Source: Macrostomum hystrix (taxonomy: Eukaryota > Animalia > Platyhelminthes). From it: a stretch of DNA of 64,000 nucleotides. Location of the stretch: assembly GCA_950097015.1 (NCBI GenBank), contig CATNEN010000003.1, forward strand, positions 13,516,001 to 13,580,000. The letters run 5' to 3'. Shown piece after piece: positions 13,067 to 25,197 of the stretch (positions within the stretch are counted from its first letter, which is position 1; each line of letters opens with the position of its first letter). The notes under the pieces were generated by a model. The model saw nothing but the letters and a program-made list of their open reading frames with translations, was not told the DNA's origin and searched no databases. A program made the position numbers and the translations under genes.

Positions 13067-13562
13067 CTGAAAATTGGTAGAGTTTGGGATGAAATTTTAG
13101 CACTGAGCATCTGAAGGCTTTGTTTGCTATGGGAAACTAGGGCCTAAGAAAGCCTATTTGTAGTACGTTGCACAGTGTGCTCATATTGCTTCAACGAGCA
13201 TCAGCTAAAGCTAGAAATTTCGTCGTCCATTCCATGGAATAAACAACTGCAGCTGTACATCTGATCCAACGTAAATTTTTTTATCTATAATTCCATTGTG
13301 CTATTGAATTTTCCTCTTATCATCGTATGGGAAATCAGTTTTCTCTTACACAAATGTAACAATATAATTTTCAAGGCCGAATTCTAGCAGTCACGCGTAG
13401 ATTGCGTGATAAATTTCTCTCGCTTATTTTTAGTACAGAATATTCCACTTAATATGGCAGTTCTCAAGGTCAAATTTTAAGTAGTCACGCGTTGTTTGCG
13501 TGACAATTTTCATGCATTTTTAGCATGGTAAATTTCAATTCTATTCCTAAGAAAGCACTTAC

Positions 13563-13770
13563 CCCGCCGTGCCATCGACAAGCGGTCTCGTGATTCGACT
13601 CGTTGCTATACACTTTGCGACATCTTTCGCATCGTTTCACATCCTCGGCCGAGGGCACTGGCGGCAAAGCTTGACGCCGAGCAAAGCCTGGCACACCCAT
13701 GCGCTCGAGGTGGATTAGCTCGGTGCGACGAAATTCTTGCATTGTTACTAGGCTGTGCTCGCGAAGTAGC
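13563..13770 (-). CDS. RING/TRAF-ZnF gene exon 3
   Basis: Acceptor cgacag, donor GGG|gtaagt. Ends in CERCRKVYSNESNHETACRWHGG, the first half of a Cys/His zinc-binding motif. Confidence 0.8.
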
Positions 13771-13825
13771 CTGTCGAATATTGTATGATGTCGTAATATT
13801 TCATTAAAATTAAAAGTAGTCATAA

Positions 13826-14069
13826 CAGAGGGGTATTTCAAATCCCCACATTTTTTTCAGTGTCTTCCAAAAATGCAATCAATCGCCGTGATAATCCAGA
13901 ACACAGACTTCATTTTCCGCTCTATCCGATGAAACAACTTCCAGAATCACAAATCATCGGAATTTTTACGAAAATCTGTCATTTAGTTTGGGAGGAATCG
14001 TGAAGTAGGTATTTGAAATACCCCAAGTTTTTCCCCCCTGGGGTAATAGCGTCGTGTCTCGCTCTACTG
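13826..14069 (+). mobile_element. Non-autonomous element, Helentron/HINE-like, short copy
   Basis: Shares blocks with 43431-43876. Subterminal inverted repeats ggggtatttcaaat / atttgaaatacccc and a 3' hairpin ttcccc...ggggtaa. Confidence 0.55.
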
Positions 14070-14352
14070 TTAGGTGCTGAAGAATAAGAACTAAGAAATT
14101 AGGATTTTTGCTTGCAAATGCGCATGTGAGCTATTTTTAGAATCTAGCACGTTCCCAGTGCGTGATAGCGACAGCGACCTTGGAAATTGGCAAACCGCTA
14201 TTGGCTCAGAGCAATCACAGTGGCTAGTATAGAAATAGTCGATAGAATCCAAATGTTTTGCAACACAATTAAGGCTAATTAAACTTGACCTTAAGCGACA
14301 ACGCTTCCACCTAACAATTATAATTTTATAAAAAGCCAATAAAAATTCTAAC

Positions 14353-14499
14353 CTGTAGTGATCCAGCACGTCTTTGTTGCACTGCTTCATGCATTGCTTG
14401 CGGGCCAATTTCATTTCCAATTCGTGGCATCGAGTTTTCACCTGATGCGCCAGCAGCTCCTTCTGCAGCATCTGCTTCTTGCAGACTCGGCAGTGTATT
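14353..14499 (-). CDS. RING/TRAF-ZnF gene exon 2
   Basis: Acceptor ttgcag, donor AG|gttag, phase 2 at both ends. Encodes IHCRVCKKQMLQKELLAHQVKTRC...DHYR. Confidence 0.8.
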
Positions 14500-14663
14500 C
14501 TGCAATGAACGGAAAAGCTAACCAAAATTATTATACGAATAAAAATTTGCAAAGAGTGCCGTGGAGTAGTAATACTATGTTGTAGGAGGGCTTTCGGCAA
14601 TCGAATGTTAATTGGTTAAATTTTACATCAACCCCATTGCCACAAAGTGAAATTTTAGGCAAT

Positions 14664-14978
14664 GGCACATCATTTGGTGACACTAGACTTTCAGCCAGCG
14701 AGGAGGCAATTCTACCCATTTCGTTGACTCCTGAGCACCCACGCACACAGATACAGTACGCAGGCACACGCTCACACCTCATCGTCATCGTCAGGCAGTG
14801 CACACTTTGACTGTACTGTGCCTAGGAGGTTGGTCCTCAAGGGCGTGAATTGCACGACAAGCCCCCAAGCCTTCTCTCCGCTGCTGCCCCCTAAGTTGGT
14901 GTGATGTTGCCATGGAATCGAGCTCAGGGACCTCGATGCGAGAGGCAAACGCGTTAAGCGCTCAGCCACTCAACTCCA
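14664..14978 (-). mobile_element. tRNA-derived SINE copy in RING gene intron 1
   Basis: Same family with a small internal deletion. Confidence 0.82.
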
Positions 14979-14995
14979 TCCAGAGTGCTTCGGAC

Positions 14996-15092
14996 ACTGA
15001 CACATCTTATGGTGACAGTCGACCCGCAGCCAACGAGGAGGCAATTCCGCCCATTCCACTGGCTTTACATCTGTACATCTGCTCTGACTTTA
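14996..15092 (-). mobile_element. Degenerate 3' fragment of the same SINE
   Basis: gacccgcagccaacgaggaggcaattccgcccatt and tgtacatctgctctgacttt match the SINE body. Confidence 0.7.
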
Positions 15093-15122
15093 TTATCGAT
15101 CAGGTCAAGTTTTGTTTCGCAC

Positions 15123-15571
15123 CGTTTGAAGCCGCACTCAGAGTCATGCCTGTCGGCCAGCTCTCGACGGTGCACGCTGCTGCAGCCCTGGTTGGCGCAC
15201 GCCACCTCCGCCTTGCCGCAGTCGTTCGAATAGTGCCGTTCAAGCTCGGCTAGTCGCAGGCCCGTCAGTCCGCAGCGTTTCGGGCAGGACAAACGCAGAC
15301 TAGACAGTTCAACTCGGATCCAGTTCGGCACGCCTCTGCCGTTATCATCGTCGACTGCGTCGTCCTGCAGGACAATGCGATCGTCGCACACCCGACAGCG
15401 GAACAGTCGCTGACGACCAGTAGTTCGTTGGCGCAGGCAGGACTGGCAGACCAGGTGTTTGCCAGAGCAGGGCAGACACACCGGATTGTCCAGCACGCAC
15501 TGACAGGCTGTGCATTTCACATCTGGTTTCAAGGCATCCGGATTGAAAAACAGAGTCACCTTGTAGCCCAT
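15123..15571 (-). CDS. RING + TRAF-type zinc-finger E3 ubiquitin ligase (RNF151/NRDP1/PDZRN-like N-terminus), exon 1
   Basis: MGYKVTLF...CTACQCVLDNPVCLPCSGKHLVCQSC...CRVC RING, followed by TRAF-like fingers (CPKRC...LERHYSNDC, CANQGC...H..EC). Donor CG|gtgcga at 15122 joins exon 2 to give ECGFKRIHCRVC. Confidence 0.85.
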
Positions 15572-16235
15572 TCTAGCTCAGTCTGAGCCGCCTCTCTTCA
15601 GCCGTCGTCTCCAAGGCTAATATTTTTCAATCCGTTCATTTTAAATTGGCCCCAACCTCAAGATGGGTATTGGACGAATGAGAGTAAGAGAGGACAGTGA
15701 TAGGGCAGAGACTTAAATAGTTGGGTCTGCAGATGGGGTTGCCAATTTATTTCAAGCGAAGTCTATTCTATGCCATCCAACTATTGACGAAATTAATAAA
15801 GGCTGCAAACTGGCTATACTGCTCTTCTGTTGTTAATAAGATAGAGAGAAATGCCACCTCACACACTCACACACTCACACACACTCCTAGACACCTGGAG
15901 GTGGGTGAAAAAAGATGCAGAGATGACAGGCCAATACAATGCTCACTGTGATATGATGCAAAACACACAAACTGCTTTGATGAAGACTAAGAGAGATAAT
16001 AGTTTGAGATAGTCAACTTCAATCTATTATAGACAGCTACAATATTGATGGTAATAAAGAGCTGAATGTTGAAGTCTACGATTCTTTTTGGCTGATAAAT
16101 TTATAAATATTAATAAATATAGTCAGCTATAATATAGTGAATGGTAGGTAAAAAAATTAGGCGCAAAAAATGTTTTTGAAGTGAAAAATAAATATTTCCT
16201 AACTAACCTTACCAAAATGAGTTAAATTTAAGAAC

Positions 16236-16905
16236 GACATGTCTAACATGTGAACACAATGTCTAACAGGTAAAAAACGTGTCTAACATGTGAACACGTG
16301 TCTAACATGTAAACACAATGTCTAACATGTGAACACGTGTCTAACATGTGAACAAAATGTCTAACATGTGAACACGTGTCTAACATGAGAACACCGTGTC
16401 TAACATGTGAACACGTGTCTAACATGTAAACAACATGTAACATGTAACATGTAAACAACATCTAACATGTAACACGTCTAACAGGTAAAAAGCGTGTCTA
16501 ACATGTGAACACAAATACCTAACAGGTAAAAAACATGTCTAGCAATTGAACAGCATGCCTAAAATATCAACACCATGTCTAAATATTTAAAAATCATGTC
16601 TAACATGTCAACACAATGTCTAGCATGAGAACACCGTGTCTAACATCTGAACACCATGTCTAACACGAGAACACAATGTCTAACATGAGAATACCGTGTC
16701 TAACATGTGAACACCATGTCTAACATGTGAACACAATGTCTAACATGTCAACACCATGTCTAACATGTGAACACCATGTCTAACATCTGAACACAATGTC
16801 TAACATGAGAACACCGTGTCTAACATGTGAGCACCATGTCTAACATCTGAACATTGTCTAACATGTGAACACCATGTCTAGCATGTCAATACCATGTCTA
16901 ACATG
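16236..16905. repeat. 20-bp minisatellite (tgtctaacatgtgaacacca)
   Basis: Degenerate tandem copies. Confidence 0.88.
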
Positions 16906-17949
16906 GTATCTTCTTATGCCACTATATATTTTATAAATTTTATTTAATTAAGTGCAAAAAGTTTTATTTCTGAATGTTAGTCAATAGACACTACTTATTG
17001 TTTAGTACGATATTTAGCATTTTTTAAATATTTTCACTAAACTATTTAATATATGATATTAAAATTCAACTGTTAGTCTTTCTTAATTTATCGCAGTCTA
17101 AGAAGCATAATTACAGACAGAATATCTTTTTAGAGCCACGTCTCGTAAATCAGTTCCGAACCAATTAAAAAAACCTAATCACCTGTCGGAATTAGTAATC
17201 ATTTTATTGCATATTTAATTAATCTACAAGTATTTGGCAGTGTGCAAGTGGCAAAAAGAGAAGAGCAATTTCCTGTGGGAATAAAAAAATTACGAGTACT
17301 TTCAATTCCTTCTTCGTCTATCGTAGTCTTCATTTCCTATTTTTTGAGTTCGTCAAAATGTATTCTCATCGTTCGTGGCTTTTTTTCTAGTTTCGTTTTC
17401 TCGCAAACATTTAATTCCCGTTCCCAGATGGCCTGCGGGCGGTCAGGAAATGCGAAAATCTCATTAGATGGGAAGCGGAGAGATGACACTAAATAGGCGT
17501 AGAGGGAAGCGATGCGGTGACACTGCTCAGGCTTTTAGTTTCTCCTATTCTGTGAGCTATTTATAGTTAACTTAGTTATTATTATGAGGATATGAGGACA
17601 TGAGGATATTGTATTAGAAATCACTGATTGGGATCACAAACAGCAGAAGAGACAAAATCATAGAGGAAAGAAGATAGTAGATTTAAAAAACATTCGACAC
17701 ATTTTATTTTATAAGGAAAGACACATGACGACTGTACTGTGACGTTAATGAGAAAGATTAGAAAATTTGTGTGGTTTCTGTAACTGAAAAAGTGAAGTTA
17801 TGTGCGATGAATAGTTATAATCCTGAAAATGATAGTAGTATTCCTGACAAAGATGATAAGAATAGGTATAAAGATAATGAGAATCCTGACAAAGATAATA
17901 ACCCCGATAAGGACTATGAGAATCAGGAGTAGGATAAAGTGAAATGTGA

Positions 17950-19826
17950 TGTGAGTAGGATCATGAGGATTGTGAGAAGAATCATGAGAATTGTGAAAAA
18001 TGATCATGAGAATTCTGAGAAGGAGCATGAGAATTGTGAGAAGGATCATGAGAATTGTGAGAAGGATCATGAGAATTGTGAGAAGGATCATGAGAATTGG
18101 GAGAAGGAGCATGAGAATTGTGAGAAGGATCATGAGGATTGGGAGAAGGATCAAGAGAACTGTGAGAAGGATCATGAGAATTGGGAGAAGGATCATGAGA
18201 ATTGGGAGAAGGATCATGAGAATTGGGAGAAGGATCAAGAGAACTGTGAGAAGGATCATGAGAATTGGGAGAAGGATCATGAGGATTGTGAGAAGGATCA
18301 TGAGAATTGTGACAAGGATCATGAGAATTGTGAGAAGGATCATGAGAATTGGGAGAAGGATCATGAGGATTGTGAGAAGGATCATGAGAATTGTGAGAAG
18401 GATCATGAGGATTGTGAGAAGGATCTTGAGAATTGTGAGAAGGATCATGAGAATTGTGAGTAGGATCATGAGAATTGTGAGAAGGATCATGAGGATTGTG
18501 AGAAGGATCATGAGAATTGGGAGAAGGATCATGAGAATTGTGAGTAGGATCATGAGAATTGTGAGAAGGGTCATGAGGTTTGTGAGAAGGATCATGAGAA
18601 TTGTGAGAAGGATCATGAGAATTGTGAGAAGGATCATGAGGTTTGTGAGAAGGATCATGAGAATTGTGACAAGGATCATGAGAATTGTGAGAAGGATCAT
18701 GAGAATTGGGAGAAGGATCATGAGAATTGGGAGAAGGATCAAGAGAACTGTGAGAAGGATCATGAGAATTGGGAGAAGGATCATGAGGATTGTAAGAAGG
18801 ATCATGAGAATTGTGACAAGGATCATGAGAATTGTGAGAAGGATCATGAGAATTGTGAGAAGGATCATGAGGTTTGTGAGAAGGATCATGAGAATTGTGA
18901 GAAGGATCATGAGAATTGTGAGAAGGATCATGAGAATTGTGAGAAGGATCATGAGAATTGTGACAAGGATCATGAGAATTGTGAGAAGGATCATGAGAAT
19001 TGTGAGAAGGATCATGAGAATTGTGAGAAGGATCATGAGGATTGTGAGAAGGATCATGAGAATTGTGAGAAGGATCATGAGAATTGTGAGAAGGATCATG
19101 AGAATTGTGAGAAGGATCATGAGAATTGTGAGAAGGATCATGAGGATTGTGAGAAGGATCATGAGAATTGTGAGTAGGATCATGAGAATTGGGAGAAGGA
19201 TCATGAGAATTGTGAGAAGGATCATGAGAATTGTGAGAAGGATCATGAGAATTGTGAGAAGGATCATGAGAATTGTGAGAAGGATCATGAGAATTGTGAG
19301 AAGGATCATGAGAATTGTGAGAAGGATCATGAGAATTGTGAGAAGGATCATGAGAATTGTGAGAAGGATCATGAGAATTGTGAGAAGGATCATGAGAATT
19401 GTGAGAAGGATCATGAGAATTGTGAGAAGGATCATGAGAATTGTGAGAAGGATCATGAGAATTGTGACAAGGATCATGAGAATTGTGAGAAGGATCATGA
19501 GAATTGTGAGAAGGATCATGAGAATTGTGAGAAGGATCATGAGAATTGTGAGAAGGATCATGAGAATTGTGAGAAGGATCATGAGAATTGTGAGAAGGAT
19601 CATGAGAATTGTGAGTAGGATCATGAGAATTGTGAGAAGGATCATGAGAATTGTGAGAAGGATCATGAGAATTGTGAGAAGGATCATGAGAATTGTGAGA
19701 AGGATCATGAGAATTGTGAGAAGGATCATGAGGACTGTGAGAAGGATTATGAGGATTGTGAGAAGGATCATGAGAATTGTGAGAAGGATCATGAGAATTG
19801 TGAGAAGGATCATGAGAATTGTGAAA
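17950..19826. repeat. 21-bp minisatellite (gagaaggatcatgagaattgt)
   Basis: About 89 copies. Confidence 0.94.
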
Positions 19827-20454
19827 ATGCTCACTAAAATTGAGAGAATAATCATGAAAATCCCAAGAAAACTCTTGAGAATTTTGAGAATATAATGAGA
19901 ACCTGCTGGATAAAGACAATGAGAACCTAAAAACAATACAGAGCAAACACACGAAAATAATCTTAAAACCAATCAATGAGAATAGACTCAAAATGTAAAT
20001 AGAAAGAATTAATAAGTAGAGATGTTGCTGAAGTAATAATTCAGTCTTAAATAAAGTAGTCCATTGTATGGCGTAAATTGGGCACTGAGCATCGCCATTG
20101 AGGTAGCAAAAGAATATGGCTTTGAGAGTCATTTTCCCGAGTCAGAGATAATTTAGACATTTAGCTGTCTTCTTTAGCTCTAATGGAAGGCTTTGCGGGA
20201 AAAAAACACAGTCTCTAGGATGGCAAAGGCATGACAGGAAGAAAATTACACAGGGGAATTTACATCCGGCTAAAACTACTGACTTTTTCTGCTTCTAAAA
20301 ATATTATTATTACATCTTTCCAGGCAGCAACGCTGAGAGAGTTAAAAATTTTTTTTGAGGCCGGCTTAAAAAGAGCACAACAAATGTATCTCGAGAAGAT
20401 TAAAAAGACACAAAAAACCGAGTCGAATTTCCACTTCAAGGAGGGAGAAAGGAT

Positions 20455-21820
20455 GAGAGTAGACTGAGATATTAGGCTGTGAGAGAGTGGGCTGTGAGAG
20501 TAGACTGAGAGTAGACGGTGAGAGTAGACTCTGAGAGTAGACTGAGATATTAGGCTGTGAGAGAGTGGGCTGTGAGAGTAGACTGAGAGTAGACGGTGAG
20601 AGTAGACTGTGAGAGAGTGGGCTGTGAGAGTAGACTGAGAGTAGACGGTGAGAGTAGACTGTGAGAGAGTAGACAGGCTGTGAGAGAGTAGACTCTGAGA
20701 GAAGACTTTGAGAGAGTAGACTGTGAGAGTAGACTGTGTGAGAGTAGACTGTGTGAGAGTAAACTGTGAGAGTAGACTGAGATATTAGGCTATGAGAGTA
20801 GACTGTGAGAGTAGACTGTGAGAGTAGACTGAGATATAAGGCTATGAGAGTAGACTGTGAGAGTAGACTGAGATATTAGGCTATGAGAGTAGACTGTGAG
20901 AGTAGACTGTGAGAGTAGACTGTGAGAGTAGACTGTGAGAGTAGACTTTGTGAGAGTAGACTTTGAGAGAGTAGACTGTGAGAGTAGACTGTGTGAGAGT
21001 AAACTGTGAGAGTAGACTGTGAGAGTAGACTGAGATATTAGGCTATGAGAGTAGACTGTGAGAGTAGACTGTGAGAGTAGACTGTGAGAGTAGACTGTGA
21101 GAGTAGACTTTGTGAGAGTAGACTTTGAGAGAGTAGACTGTGAGAGTAGACTGTGTGAGAGTAAACTGTGAGAGTAGACTGTGAGAGTAGACTGAGATAT
21201 TAGGCTATGAGAGTAGACTGTGAGAGTAGACTGTGAGAGTAGACTGTGAGAGTAGACTGTGAGAGAGTAGACTCTGAGAGTAGACTTTGTGAGAGTAGAC
21301 TGTGAGAGTAGACTGTGAGAGTAGACTGTGAGAGAGTAGACTCTGAGAGTAGACTTTGTGAGAGTAGACTGTGAGAGTAGACTGTGAGAGTAGACTGAGA
21401 TATTAGGCTGTGAGAGTAGACTGTGAGAGTAGACTGTGAGAGTAGACTGTGAGAGTAGACTGTGAGAGTAGGCTGTGAGAGAGTAGACTGTGAGAGTAGA
21501 CTGTGAGATAGTAGACTGTGAGATAGTAGACTGTGAGAGTAGACTGTGAGACAGTAGACTGTGAGACAGTAGACTGTGAGACAGTAGACTGTGAGACAGT
21601 AGACTGTGAGACAGTAGACTGTGAGACAGTAGACTGTGAGACAGTAGACTGTGAGACATTAGACTGTGAGATAGTATAGACTGTGAGACAGTAGACTGTG
21701 AGATAGTATAGACTGTTAGAGAGTGGACTGTGAGTCAGTAGACTGTGAGATAGTAGACTGTGAGAGAGTAGACTGTGAGAGAGTAGACTGTTAGAGAGTG
21801 GACTGTGAGTCAGTAGACAT
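20455..21820. repeat. 13/15-bp minisatellite (gagagtagactgt)
   Basis: Direct inspection. Confidence 0.9.
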
Positions 21821-23099
21821 TGAGATATAAGATGACGATTGTAAACAAAAGTGTTATTTGTAAAAATCATGAACACAAACACTCAGTTTGATTACCTATA
21901 TATTTAAATCATAGGTGGAACTTATGAAATAAATTTGTTGCAGAGTTCAATATTCTAATTAGTTCTGTGTCAGAGTAGGCAAGCAGGCGTTAACCAGTTA
22001 GTATTTTTAAGTAACATTTTTAATGGGTATTATACTTTATAGTTTTATAAAAGTCTAATTTAGATTCATAAAATTAAAACGATTCATTCTCTTTCATTAA
22101 ATTTCAGCGGCAAAACAATTTTGTTGATGCACAGAAGTCACGCAGAAAAGTGATTCTTTGTGTGATACAACAGCAAAAAATTAGCTATTCGATTGCAAAA
22201 TAATTACGAGCTATTAATTCCGAAATCCCGACCTAATTATCTAGTCTTAAAAAAACTATAGTTGCATATAATGAAGCGAAAATATCGATATATCGATTAT
22301 GCGATCGATAAATCGATTAAGCGATCGATAAACCGATTAACTAATCGATAAATCGATAAAAAATCAATACAGCGATAAATTGACAATAATGTGTGTATTG
22401 ATTTAACAAACGATAAAACAAAGAACTAATAAGTAAACTGATAATGTGATAAAACTAAACCGATTGCTTACTGAAATTTTGCTTACATATGCTTATAAAA
22501 TGTGACTGAATGCACAACATCGACTTGATTAGGAAACATAATTTTGAGATTCGACAAAAACTAAATTATAAAAATATATTGAATCAAATTTTACGAGAAA
22601 TAAAAAGATGAACTAATTCATTAATGCTTCTACATGTTTTAGATGTAATCAGAAATCAAAACAGAGAAAAAACAAGTCATTAAAATTTAGTATTTGCTTT
22701 TTTTCAATGCTTTGCATCAGTTAGTAAGTATTAAAGCTCAAGATATTGAATACAAAATCGATAAATCTCAGAACCGATCGATAACTTCAGAAACAAATCG
22801 ATAAGTTTAAAAAACCGATCGATAAGTTCAGACAGCAATAGACAAGTTTAGAAGCCAATCCATAAGTTCATTGGTTAGTACGAGAAAACTATTAACTAAT
22901 CGATAAAGTCAGAAAATAGATCGATAAATATCGATTCCGATCAATAACTTGAAAAAACGATCGATAATACAAAAACGCTATCAAAAATTTAATAAATTTC
23001 TCTACAAATACATAAACACAAAAAACCTACAGTATTAAGCTGATTGCTATGTCCAGATAACGAATCGTCAAATCAATAAACCGATCGATAATAATCTAG

Positions 23100-23690
23100 T
23101 CAACCCCTCAGATCCGGCACAGCCTCCAGGCTGCCAAAGATGCTGGCCAACTGCTGCTGATAGGTGTCAATGGAACGACGCATAATGTCCAGGCAGGGAC
23201 CCAGTAGGCGTTCAAACGAGCCGACTTCAAGCACGGCCACCTTGCAACGATTGCCGCAGGCGTACACGCTGGCAGCTCGCGGCTGTTTGGTTAGGAGGGC
23301 CAACTCGCCGAAGTAGCCGCCCTTGCCAAGGCGCAAGATTTCCACCTCCTCGCCGCTGTCGCCGCGTCGGCGAGTGATGCGCACCTCGCCATCCTCGACA
23401 AAGAACATTTCGTTGCCCGGGTCGCCCTGGGCTATGATTTTCTCGCCGTCGACGCACGACTTTGACTTCAGGGCGTCGGCAACACTCATCCGCTCGTAGG
23501 GGGACAGCTGTTTCAGCAGCGGCACCGACTCCAGGAGGTTCTCGTACATCACCCGCTTCTGGAAGGCCTTCTTCAGTACTAGGCGACGGAATGTCTCCCG
23601 TTCCATGGCCCACAGACTGCCGGGTTCGGAGCACACAATTGTGGCTGCGCGAGGGGCATTGTACATCAGAGCCAGCTCACCGAAGGAGCC
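23100..23690 (-). CDS. PRKAR2: PKA regulatory subunit exon 2 (cNMP-A and cNMP-B)
   Basis: Acceptor gtccag. Phosphate-binding cassettes FGELALMYNAPRAAT and FGELALLTKQPRAAS. Stop at 23100; total about 396 aa. Confidence 0.95.
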   Translation of the reverse strand, partial: GSFGELALMYNAPRAATIVCSEPGSLWAMERETFRRLVLKKAFQKRVMYENLLESVPLLKQLSPYERMSVADALKSKSCVDGEKIIAQGDPGNEMFFVEDGEVRITRRRGDSGEEVEILRLGKGGYFGELALLTKQPRAASVYACGNRCKVAVLEVGSFERLLGPCLDIMRRSIDTYQQQLASIFGSLEAVPDLRG

Positions 23691-23712
23691 CTGGACGGAT
23701 TAGTTGGATTTA

Positions 23713-24390
23713 ATGATGGATTGATGGAATTATAAATGGATTCATGGATGGATTGATGGAATTATAAATGGATTCATGGATGGATTGATAGATTCATGGA
23801 CGGATTGATAGATTCATGGACGGATTGATATACTCATGGATGAATTGATAGATTCATGGACGGATTGATAGATTCATAGATGGATTGATAGATTCATGGA
23901 TGGATTGATAGATTCATGGATGGATTGATAGATTCATGGATGGATTAATAGATTCATGGATGGATTGATAGATTCATGGATGGATTGATATACTCATGGA
24001 TGGATTGATAGATTCATGGATGGATTGATATACTCATGGATGGATTGATATACTCATGGATGGATTGATAGATTCATGGATGGATTGATATACTCATGGA
24101 TGGATTGATAGATTCATGGATGGATTGATAGATTCATGGATGGATTGGATTGATAGACTCATGGATGGATTGATAGATTCATGGATGGATTGATAGATTC
24201 ATGTATGGATTGATAGATTCATGGATGGATTGATAGATTCATGGATGGATTGATAGACTCATGGATGGATGGAAAGATTCATGGATGAATTGATAGATTC
24301 ATGGATGGATTGATAAACTTATGGATGGATTGATAGATTCATGGATGGATTGATAGATTCATGGATGGATTGATAGATTCATGGATTGTT
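23713..24390. repeat. 20-bp minisatellite (gatggattgatagattcatg) in the PKA-R intron
   Basis: About 33 copies. Confidence 0.9.
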
Positions 24391-24597
24391 TTATCAAGGA
24401 TTGGACTGATCGATTGATGCATTGGTGGATGGATTGATTAATTAATTGATGCATTGATAAAATGATCGAGTAAGGGATTGATAGGTTGATCAAATAATGG
24501 ATTGATGAATTGATGAATGAATGGGGGTTCAGTAACTGTTCAACAGAATTTGCCAAAAGTTGATGCTTTCAGTGAAAAAAAATCCGAATACGCTGAC

Positions 24598-25197
24598 CTG
24601 ATTGTTGTACTGCCCAACTTTCGTATCTAGGCCGGCGATTTTCACGTAGATATCGTACACACCGGATTCGATCACGTAGAAATTATCGCCGTCCTCGCCC
24701 TGAGTAATGATCCGGTCGCCTGGCTGGCTGCGGCGTTCAAACATGGCATTGATGACGTCACGCCTCTGATCATCGTCCAGGCACTGGAACAGCACAATGT
24801 GCGACACGGCCTGATTGAGCCGTCGGCTTTGTTCCTCAGTTTTCGGATGGGTCACAATGGGCCTGGCCGCATCCGCCGCTTCCTCCTTCTCCGGATCGAA
24901 GCTCTCGCCGGCGACGGCGACTCGGCGAGCGCCACGACGCGGCGGAGGAGCCGAAATCGCCGATTCTTCGACATCGTCGACAACCGCAGCGGCGTCCGGT
25001 TTCGACGATTCGCGTTGAACCGTATCGGCTGATCCGCCAGACATTCTACCTAGTCGAAGTCGGGTGAAATATTCAACGGCAAAGTCTACAGCATCGTCCG
25101 GTGATTGGCGCAGGACGGCGACAGCGAAGTCTTGCAGGAGTTCGCGAAATCCGGCCGGTATGCTGGGCAGACGCTTGGCAGGATCCGCCGAGCTCAT
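24598..25197 (-). CDS. PRKAR2: cAMP-dependent protein kinase regulatory subunit (type II-like), exon 1
   Basis: RIIa docking/dimerisation domain [32 protein letters not shown], inhibitory linker RRVAV, start of cNMP-A ([17 protein letters not shown]). Donor CAG|gtcagc after 200 codons. Confidence 0.93.

Noticed and set aside
15065-15122. ORF tail CETKLDLIDNKVRADVQM as part of the RING protein
   Set aside because: The tail is partly SINE-derived; the donor at 15122 gives a better TRAF-finger continuation.
17798-20132. 631-724 aa ORFs on both strands
   Set aside because: Translations of a 21-bp tandem repeat; open in several frames, with no splice context or non-repetitive domain.
22280-23095. 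Recurrent ATCGATA motifs as DRE promoter elements
   Set aside because: They lie downstream of the PKA-R stop and look like a decayed tandem repeat.
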